Position numbers and translations under genes: made by a program | In this document: positions 1 through 10,877 of the stretch, piece by piece | Layout: each line of letters begins with the position of its first letter | Position numbering within the stretch: the first letter of the stretch is position 1 | Notes under the pieces: generated by a model | Databases searched by the model: none | What the model was told of the DNA's origin: nothing | Seen by the model: the letters and a program-made list of their open reading frames with translations, nothing else | Assembly (NCBI GenBank): GCA_002104945.1 | Contig: MCFH01000182.1 | Location: forward strand, 1-20,640 | Length of the DNA: 20,640 nucleotides | Direction of reading: 5' to 3' | Source: Piromyces finnis finn | Lineage: Eukaryota; Fungi; Neocallimastigomycota

Positions 1-763
1 TAATTATTAATTGAATTAATATAGATATTTAAATGATAATTACAATAACTAAGCTTCCCTGGAAGGAGATAAAAATACATTTTAATTTGTATTATCATTT
101 TTTATAAAAGTATTATATATAAAAATTGAAGTATTTAATTAATTGAATAAATTTTATTATATAGATGTTTAGATAATAATTACATTACTGAGCTTCCCAC
201 TATTAAAAGTGAATATATTTTATTAGGTAAACATTTTTCGTCATTATTTTTTCTAAAAACTAATTAAATTTATAAATAGCGAAAATAAATTATTTTATAT
301 TATTATCAATTTTTTCTTTCAAGTTAATTAAACAAATTTATATTTAAAAAATAGTATACAATACAGAGAATATTTTTCGTCTCCTGTCATTACTGGTGAT
401 GAAGTAATACAATTATTAATTAAACTATTAATTATTTTTAAAATATAAAATTTTGTTAAAAAAAAAAGCAAAATAATAAAATTGTTAAATTTAATAGATA
501 CATAAAATAATTTTATAATGATTTAATTAAATAATTACCTAATAAAAAATATATTCACTTTTAATAGTGGGAAGCTCAGTAATGTAATTATTATCTAAAC
601 ATCTATATAATAAATTTATTTCAATTAATTAAATACTTCAATTTTATATATAATACTTTTATAAAAATGATAATACAAATTAAAATGTATTTTTATCTCC
701 TTCCAGGGAAGCTTAGTTATGTAATTATCATTTAAATATCTATATTAATTCAATTAATAATTA
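1..763. repeat. Inverted repeat: 1-230 is the reverse complement of 535-763 (about 305-nt non-palindromic spacer); places inverted copies of two gene D exons on the + strand
   Basis: 1-13 taattattaattg pairs with 751-763 caattaataatta. aagcttccctggaaggag (51-68) and gagcttcccactatt (190-204) recur reverse-complemented at about 696-713 and 563-577. The arms differ only by homopolymer-length indels. Confidence 0.93.
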
Positions 764-3700
764 AATAAATATATATTAATAAATTATTTATATTTTCATT
801 TTATTTAGACTATATTTTTATTATAATCTGTTTTTGATTAAATACAAATGTTGAATATAATTATATATAATTTCAGCTGGAATCTTGGTTATTTTATTAT
901 TGTTTAATTCTCTACATTAATTAAATATATATAAATAAATATATAATTAATAAAATATTTTAATTAATAATTAATTATTTATAATAATACTTTAATAATA
1001 AGTAATATAAATGCTTACAAATATTTAATACCCCCAAACTTAGCAGGAATCTCACTAATTCTATTATCATTGAGTTCTCTATATTAATTAAATTATTATT
1101 TAAATTAATTAATCAAATATTTCAATATATTAATTAAAGATAAATAATAAAATATATACAGTGAATAAAGTTTAGTGAGATTTCCAATCTCAGGAGGAAT
1201 CTCACTAATTCTATTATCATTGAGTTCTCTATATTAATTAAATTATTATTTAAATTAATTAATCAAATATTTCAATATATAATTAAAGATAAATAATAAA
1301 TATATACAGTGAATAAAGTTTAGTGAGATTTTTCAATCTCAGGAGGAATCTTGGTTATTTTATTATTGTTTAATTCTCTACATTAATTAAATGATGATTA
1401 ATTAAATTTATATAAATATCAACTATAATTAATTATACATATAATATTTTATAAATATATATAAATACATACAAATGTTCAATTCTTCCTGTTTTAAAAG
1501 GAAACTCGGTAATTTTATTATCGCTTAATTCTCTATATTAATTAAATTATTATTTACATTTTTTAAAAAAATATAATTAATAGAATATTTTAAATTTTAA
1601 ATCATTGTATATAATACTTTTATTATAAATAATATAAATCTATACAATCTCCAAACATTTCCAAGTTCAGCAGGAATCTCAGTTAAACTATTATTATTTA
1701 AATATCTTTAAAAATATTAATGGATTATTTAAATTATATAAATAAATATATAATTAATAAAATATTTTAAATTATAATTATTATATATAATGATTTTATG
1801 ATAAATACTTACAATGAAAAGCTTTCATTGCAATTTACAATTTCCTTTGAAACTTAGATATCTTGTTATTAGACAATTCTCTATGAAATATTTAAAATAT
1901 TATCATTAAATTATCTCCACTATTATTATAAATTCTTGATTATATAAATAATATAAAGAATAATATACAAAACTCTAATATTAGAAAGCTTTCCAGCTGA
2001 ATCAGGAATTTCGGTAAAATTATTATAATTTAAATTTCTATTTAAGTTAATATTTTATAAATATTTTTTAATATTATTTTTCATAAGATAAAGCATAATA
2101 TTGTTAACATAGAAAAAGAGGAAAAACATACAAATACTCAATTGGAAGATTTACTATTTATCAAAAATCTCAGATAAACTATTATTACTTATATATCTAT
2201 AAAATACAATAAATACAATTATATATATTAATAATTAAGTATTATTTTTACTTTTCAATTATTTAAATTCATACAAATAAGTAAGATTAATCATTCCTTC
2301 GATAGAATCAGGAAGGACAGTTAAATTATTGTTTGACAAATATCTTAGTAAATTAAATAATATGAAAAATATATAAATATTTAATAAAGTATTTTTATGT
2401 ATTATATTATATTATATTATATTATATTATATTATATATATTATATTATATTATATTATATTATATTATATTATATTATATTATATTATATTATATTATT
2501 ATATTATTTTAAAATGTAATGAAAACTTACAAACAATGAAGTTGAGTAAGCTTTCCAATGGTATCAGGAAGAGTTGTTAATTATTTCCGAATAAATCTCT
2601 ATAAGATTATTTTAAATAAAAACTTTAATATTTATTTTAATTATTTTCTAAATCAAGAAAAACATACATTCTTTCAAGTTTTGTAAGATTTCCAATGGAA
2701 TCGGGAAGAGTTGATAAATTATTTTCTATCATCTCTCTAATATTTACAAATATTAAATATTAAATATTAATAATTGATTATAAAAATATTTATTTATTTT
2801 ATAAAGTATTCATCAAATTATATAAAACAAAATTTATACAGAGATGAAAGATTAGAAAAATTTCCAATGGAATCTGGAAGTGTTTCCAAATTATTATAAT
2901 TTAAATACCTATAAAACAATTATCAAAAAAAAAAAAAAGAATAAATTAATACAATTCCAATTCTATTCAATAATAACATAAAATTTTATATTCTCTTTTT
3001 TTTTAAAAAAAAATAAATCATAATTTAATTGTATTTTAAAAATTTATCACTTACAGTTGTTCAAGTTTTGTAAGCTTTCCAATGGTATCAGGAAGAGTTT
3101 TTAAATTATTATAATTTAAATACCTATAAAAGTATTTTAAGAAAAGCATCAATATTAAAAAACTATTATTATTTTAATTATTTTCTAAATAAAAAAACAT
3201 ACAGTAAAGTGAGATTACTAAGGTTTCCAATTGAATCTGGAAGTGTTTCCAAACTATTACTATTTAACTCCTATAAAACAATTTTCAAAAAAAAATGAAT
3301 AAATAAATATTTTAGAATTTTTTAAAAAGAATGAAATTTCAATTCTATTCAATAATAATATAAATTTTTTATATTCTCTTTTTTTTTTAAAAAAAAAATA
3401 AATCATAATTTAATTGTATTTTAAAAATTTAGCACTTACAGTTGTTCAAGATTTGTAAGTTTTCCAATGGTATCAGGAAGAGTTTTTAAATTATTTCCGT
3501 ACAAAATTCTATAAATTTATATAATTATATTAATAATTAAAATCAATATAAATGTTAAAATAATTAATATTTAATATCTTTTTTTTTTTTTTTTTTTTTT
3601 TTTTGGAACACATACAACTCTTTTAGATTAACAAGATTTCCAATTTCAGAGGTAATTTTAGAAAAATCATTACCTCCTAAATTTCTTTTTAATTTATTTT

Positions 3701-4884
3701 TTAATTTTTAAAATTATTAAAACTTTACAATGAAATTTTTTTTTCTCTTATTAATTTTATTATATATGCATTATCATACAATTTTTCAAGATTGGTAAAA
3801 TTTCCAAAAAAACACGGAACCAATTCTAATTTATTATTTTGTATATCTCTTTAATTTTTTAAAAATAGAATTATTATACAATAAAATAATTTATTACTAT
3901 TATTTCTTATATTTTTACTATAAATAATAATAATACATACAAACTCCAAAGTTCAGTCAAATTTCCAAATGAATCTGGGATGGAAGAAATTTCATTACTA
4001 TTTAAATGTCTATTTTGTATTTTTATTTTAAAATAAGAAAATTAATAAAATATAATAATTATGATAATAATCATGTGATAAAAATGCACTTACAAATTCC
4101 ATAAACCTCTTAATTCACCAATTTCATTAGGGATATTTTTTATATTGTTATAGCCTAAATCTCTATTATATTTTTTATATATAATTTAACTATTATTATT
4201 AATGTTTTTATTTAATTTTATATTTAAATATTTAAAAAATAATTACTAACAAATATCTTAGATTAGTGAGTTTTCCTATTTCATTTGGAATATTGTTTAT
4301 ATCATTTTTGTATAAAAGTCTTTTTTTAATTTTTTTATTAAAATGAATATTTATTTACTAAAATTGATTTATAAATACTTTTATTTTATAATTAAAAAAA
4401 AATATACAAACAAATGTTCAAGATTTTTAAGATTTCCTATTTCAACTGGAATTTCAGTCAATTTATTTATAGAAAGATCTCTATATAAATTTATTTAAAT
4501 AAATGAATAAAATATAAAATATATACAGGTGGATAATTTAGGGTGATTCTCTTTAACTTATTTTAACTTTATTTACTTACAATTTTTTTAAGGTTGTTAC
4601 ATTAAAAATAAATTCAGGAATCTCTAATAAGTCCTTTCTAGACATTAATCTTAATATTTTTTTTATTTTTTTAGTACTTTTGATAAACTACCAAGTAGAT
4701 AAGAATAATATATTTATTTCATTATTAATAATATCAATACATACAATTCAATGGCATCTCCATTACTATCCTCTTTACAGTTATTATAATTTTCTACTTT
4801 TAGTTGTTCACAAATTTCTTCGCATGAATATCCAAATGCTATTGTAATCAATAGCAATAAATTCATAATAAATTTTAATATCAT
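365..4884 (-). CDS. Gene D: secreted/surface LRR protein, signal peptide + Cys cap + 26 single-repeat LRR exons (mostly 23-aa repeats); 3' end not identified
   Basis: Hand-spliced, all introns GT-AG. Exon 1 4884-4745 (MILKFIMNLLLLITIAFGYSCEEICEQLKVENYNNCKEDSNGDAIE). LRR exons: 4649-4581, 4480-4412, 4319-4251, 4162-4094, 4009-3941, 3848-3780, 3684-3616, 3508-3440, 3270-3203, 3123-3055, 2908-2840, 2736-2668, 2598-2531, 2343-2275, 2196-2132, 2037-1969, 1880-1813, 1705-1646, 1532-1473, 1377-1308, 1228-1160, 1078-1019, 911-846, 739-677, 602-539, 424-365. Examples: LDLSINKLTEIPVEIGNLKNLEH, LYLNYNNLKTLPDTIGKLTKLEQ. Six exons are 1 nt off frame (68, 68, 65, 68, 70, 64 nt), each explicable by a homopolymer length change, so this is either an intact gene with sequence errors or a young pseudogene. 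Confidence 0.88.
1045..1351. repeat. Near-perfect tandem duplication, period 150/149 nt, flanked by AGGAATCT
   Basis: tgagttctctatattaattaaattattatttaaattaattaatcaaatatttcaatatat occurs at 1071 and 1221. AGGAATCT occurs at 1045-1052, 1195-1202 and 1344-1351. Confidence 0.95.
2401..2507. repeat. (ATATT)n pentanucleotide microsatellite, intronic in gene D
   Basis: Direct reading; about 20 units with small interruptions. Confidence 0.95.
2861..3495. repeat. Diverged direct duplication of an exon-intron-exon segment (about 2861-3110 vs about 3224-3495)
   Basis: Shared blocks: aatctggaagtgtttccaaa, ctataaaacaatt, ttctattcaataataa, aaataaatcataatttaattgtattttaaaaattta, cacttacagttgttcaag, tttccaatggtatcaggaagagtttttaaattatt. 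Confidence 0.9.
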
Positions 4885-7213
4885 TTTTATTAATTATTCT
4901 TTACACCTTTTGGCAAAAGATTAAAAAAAAAAAAGGAAGGAAGAAAGAAGAAGAAAAAGAAAAAGAAAAATTCTTCTTTTATACCTTTTAAATTCGGAGG
5001 TGATTTAAAGAATTTCTTTTAAAAAAATTAATTTAAATAAATTGAATATATTGAAATATATTGTAATATATAATTAAATTTTTTAATTAAATTTTTAATT
5101 CTAATTAAAAAAATTTATTTAAATATAAAAAAATAAATTAAAATATCTAATATATTACAATATACTCTAATATATAATTAAATTTAATATTATTATCTTT
5201 AACAAATAATATTATTTTTAAATAACTAATATTTTTTGTAAAAATAATAATATTTGTAAAAAAAGATTTTAATAAAATATATATTGTTATATTGTTATAT
5301 ATAAATATTATAAATATTGCTATACATTATTAGGAATCCTCTATTTTTAAAGGTTTTTTTTATAAATAATTATTTTAAAAATAATAAATTGAAAATGCTG
5401 ATGAAAGAAAGGCAGATTTATCATTTATTTCCCCAAAAAAAATTCTTTTAAAAGAAATTCTTAATTCGGAAATTTTTTTTAATTAAAAAATTATAATTAA
5501 TTAATTATATTGTAATATATATTACTTTATACTATAATATATGATATTTATTAATTAATTATATGCATGTATAATAATTAGACTTTAATTATTATACTTG
5601 ACTATTTTACATTATAATTTTTTGTATATATATATTTTTGAATATTGAATATTAAATATTTTCTATGATTATTTAATAATAAATAATTTTTAATGAAAAG
5701 AATAACTAATAATTAAGAAAGAGGTATATCAAAGATACTATATAGGATTATGGTTACTTTGATAACAAAGATATTTTTATTATTGATATAATGTAATAAT
5801 AAAATGAATTATAACAAATGATTATAGTGATAATACAAAGAAGGTAAGCCTGGAAAAAAGAATTGGAAAGAAGAAAAAACAAATTAACAATATAGAAACT
5901 AACATAGTAAAGAAAATTTTTATATTATATACAATTTATGCTATTTTATAAATTAGATATATATAATACTTATTATTATAAAATTTATTATTATTAGATG
6001 AGAGTACATACTCATAAAACATCTAAGGCTTATACTTTTGTTATTAAATTTAATATTCTTCTAATAATATAATAACATTAATCTATTTATATATCATATA
6101 AATATAAAAGTTTCATATATAAAAATTATGATTATATAGTCTAGAAATAGTAATACTCAAAAAAGTATATAATAGAAAAATTCACAATATTAATAATAAT
6201 TATATAACTTGATTTATATCATTTATAGGAATGATATAATATAATGAATAGTACACACCTAATATTGGAAAAATTCATAAATGGATTTAATATAAAACTG
6301 AATTATATTATATATAAAATTTAATATATATATTAACTAAAAATCCAATAATCTATTTTAACATCATTTTAATTAATAATATAATTTTATAAATGTTAGT
6401 GTCATGCATTATATAAATAGATAAAAAAAAATAATATCTAATATAAAAAAACCTTTAATCCTTAATAATTTTATTTCAATAATTTTTAATTATTAATATT
6501 TATATTTATTTTATTTGTCCTTTATAGACTCACTAATACATAATACATTAAATAAGTTGTAATTAAAAATGAGATAAAAATTGTTAAATATTTTACATAT
6601 TATTTACAAAATACAGTATTTTTTGGTTAAAAGATTCACGATGTTTGTTATAAACATCGTCTGATTCGTTATATTCAAATTCTGTAATATCAATTGAACA
6701 ACTTTCTCTATTTAATATTTCGTTTGTTAATGAATTTGTATAAACAAATTTAGGGACAGAGTGATCAAAGGAAGAATTTGAAGTGACAGAGTTTTCATCA
6801 ATAGTTATAATGATATAATCTCCATTCTTACTTGTTCCAAAAATACTACCTACACATTCATGTCCAACAAGATAGTTTTTAGCTGGCATTGTAACATCTG
6901 CTGTAATTTTGTAGATTAAATAAATATTAAATTGATTATCATCAATAACTTCAATCTTTCCATTTGAACTTTTACCGAATTTATAACCAGAACATCCTTT
7001 TTGAGTACAGGTATAAATGCCATTCTTACTATTAATATAATAACCTAAATCCCCTTTTTTATTACATTCAAAAATATCATTATTAGTTTCACAATAATAA
7101 AGTAAACCTGGTATAGATTTGTCTTCTTGAAGTAAATGTTTATCTTCATCAACGACCAAGTTATAAGTTTTTTCTTCACAATTTACATCCTTATCTTCAT
7201 TACACTTTAAAAT

Positions 7214-7379
7214 AATATAATATAATATAATATAATATAATATAATATAATATAATATAATATAATATAATATAATATAATATAATATAATATAATATAA
7301 TATAATATAATATAATATAATATAATATAATATAATATAATATAATATAATATAATATAATATAATATAATATAATATA
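7214..7379. repeat. (AATAT)n pentanucleotide microsatellite, about 33 units, intronic in gene E
   Basis: Direct reading. Confidence 0.97.
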
Positions 7380-7767
7380 GCATTAATTAAAAAAAAAAAG
7401 AGAAATCTTTATAATTTTTATTTTTATATACTATCATCTTCAATTGGATCTTCTTTTGGACCTATGATTATTATATTATAATGTTAGATTTCTATTTATA
7501 TTTTAATTTCATTAAAAGATAAATAAACATAAATAATAATAGATTTATACACTTTTTAAGACCGTAATAATTGCATCTTCTACTAATAATTGTATAACAT
7601 AATCCAGTTGTAATTGACAAGTTTTATTTGCAGGATTCAATTCCATATTATCATAAATATTTAAATCAGGTATTTCACCAGTTAAACCAGAATTAACCTT
7701 GACATATCTGTTACAGTCATTTATTTTTAATCTTTTAAAAAATATTATAACATGAAAATAAAATTTC

Positions 7768-7977
<210 letters not shown>

Positions 7978-8405
7978 TAGTATAAACTTATTTTAAAAGA
8001 ATTCTAAATATTTTAGGTCTTCAGTTTCCGAAGGAATTGAATCTGCTAATTTGTTATTACTTAAATCTCTATATTATTAATAATTAAAATTAAAAAATAT
8101 ATAAAAAGCTTGTTTACTGTCTTCTTCTTTCTATGTATTAATAATTTAAAGTAATTCATTAATTCATTTTTACAAAGCTTCTAAATATTTAATATTTTTT
8201 ATATCCGATGGGATCGAGTCAGTTAATTAATAAAAATTTAGAATTCCTATTGAATATCAAATCAAATATAATATATATAATATTTATACATTAATTCCAC
8301 ATATGGCATGGATCCAAATGAATCAGGGAATACAGTATTTTTGACTTTTTCTTTTGTAAATGTACTATCATATATTTTTAATATTTAATATAAATTGTAG
8401 GTTCC

Positions 8406-8438
<33 letters not shown>
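8406..8438. repeat. (AAT)11 microsatellite, intronic in gene E
   Basis: Direct reading. Confidence 0.9.
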
Positions 8439-10298
8439 TTAATAATTATCTATGGTAATATATTAACTACAAACTTTCTAAATATTGTAAATTTTAAATA
8501 CCTTCAGGAAAAGTCAAAGATAATTCATAATTACTGAAATTACTTTTTAAAATAAATAAAGGATTATTCTTTACCAATTAAATTATTAATAAATTTGCAT
8601 TCAACATTAGTCTCTGTATTAATGAATGGATTATTCCTTAAATTTCTATTTTATATAATCAATATATAAATAGATATTTTAAGATATTAATATAACTATA
8701 AAAAAAATAATTTTTATTTTTTAATGTAAATATATATTTACAATTCTATTTTATCTGAGAGATCTTTAAATATTTGAGGAATTTCACCAAATAATTGATT
8801 ATTATTTAATTTTCTATAATATATATTCAATTATAATATTTTTCAAATTAAAAAAAGCCACAAATGAATTTGACTAAAAAATATATAATCAGTTATATAT
8901 ATAAGTTGAAAATATATAGGTATTTATTATTAACAAAAGGCATATAAAAAAGTTTTAAAGTATCTAGAATATTTTTAAATATTTTTTTTATTTAAAACCA
9001 TAAAATAATAAATATTAATTGTTATTTGATGAAGTATAAAAATGATTTCTCAAAAACTAAACTATTTAATATTTATTAATTATATAAAAACTAGAAAATT
9101 TTGTCAACTTTATTGAAGATATATTTTCCTTATTTAGATGATCTGGATAATTTATTTTGTTAAAATTATTACATAAATATTTCATATTCAATAACTTGGT
9201 TTATATTTGGATAGAGAATTAGAAATCATTATTAAAAATATATTTTTTATTACCATTTTAAAATAGATGAGATACAGTTATTAATGTATTAAAGCATTAA
9301 AATAGTTTCATTATATACCATTATGAATAATTTTAAAATTTTTTTGTTTTATGAAAATATATTTTGTATTAAATACCATTTTCTGAATATTTCCAATTTA
9401 AATTACATATCTAAAGGTACTAAGAAGGAACTTAACCACATAATTAATTTGTCCGCCTGATATATAGTAAACATTTTATTTTTTTATTTTTATTTTATTT
9501 TAAAAATATTAAATACCTTTAATTTTTTTCCATATATTCGAAATAAATTTATTTATTAGTTGTAAAGTAATTGAATATTTATATATATAAATATAAATAT
9601 TTCAAATAATATCAAATCAGCATTTCCATATTACTAAAGCATCTTTTTTATATTAAACAAAAGTAGTATATATATATATATAAATATAAAAATAAATAAA
9701 TTCTAAATAAAAGTTATTATTTTCAATAATTTAAGATTAACTTTAAAAAAATACATTTAAATACATGTTAATTTTAAAAAGAAAAAAAAACACTATAAAG
9801 AATAATAAATAATAAATAGCTATTCTTTTTTAATTTTTCAAAATAAATAAAGTAACCAAAAAAGTTATTAAAATTAACCTGGTAAAGATATGGAATATTT
9901 ATTATAAACTTTAATTGAAATTAAACCATTTTTATTATTATAAAATTCCTTTATATATATAATTAAACTATTTAAATCTTATCGCTTTTAAAAAATAGAT
10001 ATTATCCATTTTTATTAATACTATATTATTTAAACATTGGACATTTTATTTAATTATTTAATAATTTTAGGATAAAATAAGTTTATTCCTGTATTAAGAT
10101 ACTTATCTTTCATTATAAATTATTTAATATTCTTTTATAGCATGTCGAAATAATATATATATTTATAATTTATACAATCTTTGAATATTAACATCTTATC
10201 ATAATTTAATTATTAATTTGAAAATAAAAATTTTAATACTTTACATGTTTACATAGCTAAAAAAACTTTTTTTATTTTGGTGAAATTTTTGGTAAATC

Positions 10299-10332
<34 letters not shown>

Positions 10333-10877
10333 TATTTGTGTTGTTACTTTAAAAATAATTAATAAAAAGGTCAAAGGATTTATTATTATTTTTAAAAACC
10401 ATACTATAATCTTTTTATTTATAATAATATTATAAAATATTATATTTAGTTACTACTAAAAACATTACTTTTTTTTAATATTAAAAACAAACAAATTATA
10501 AAGTTTTTTTTTATTCCAAAGTATAATTTGTAACATAATGTATTAAAATAACGTATACAACAAATTTTTTATATAAATTTTCAGTTTAATTAATATTGAA
10601 AAAGTTAAAATTATGATAAATGTAATTCTTTCGCCGATGTAAATTTAAACATATTTATAGATTTGTAAAATAAATAAAAAGGAACATATATGTTAAAATA
10701 ATAACATTTCTTTATAGTCTAACAAAAATTAAAAAGTTTATGTTTTGAGTAATTTTTAAGAATTTATATTTATATAAAATTTTGAAATATTTATTAATTA
10801 AAAGAATGATAGAAATATAAAGTTATAATAAAGATTTCAAATTAAAGAAATTTAAATATTAGATATTTATTGATTTC

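Noticed and set aside
232-325. Further gene D exon (LKIDNN… on the minus strand after an AG near 317)
   Set aside because: It hits stops in all frames within a few codons and has no clear donor; it cannot be supported without reads.
4527-4550. 24-nt GC-richer block flanked by AG/GT with in-frame TAA (possible poison microexon in gene D intron 2)
   Set aside because: It would need a 30-nt upstream intron, whereas the shortest confident intron here is 69 nt; no other support.
1019-4649. CRISPR-like array (regularly spaced similar motifs about 150-170 nt apart; also in A and B)
   Set aside because: The recurring motifs are protein-coding LRR exons with synonymous variation and GT-AG borders; the spacers are AT-rich introns and no cas genes are present.
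5780-5950. Purine-rich + strand stretch with a GTAAGC donor-like site
   Set aside because: No start, acceptor or partner exons, and the translation is low-complexity Lys-rich.
6593-7159. 188-aa ORF as a stand-alone gene, and TTG starts at 13347 and 19085
   Set aside because: The frame is open upstream to an acceptor at 7205, so it is a terminal exon. For A and B the in-frame ATGs at 13341 and 19079 give identical 176-nt first exons.
8471-9460. Ciliate genetic code (TAA/TAG = Gln) as an explanation of in-frame stops
   Set aside because: Genes A, B and D use CAA for Gln and lack in-frame TAA/TAG in about 40 clean exons, and A terminates at TAA right after a normal tail.
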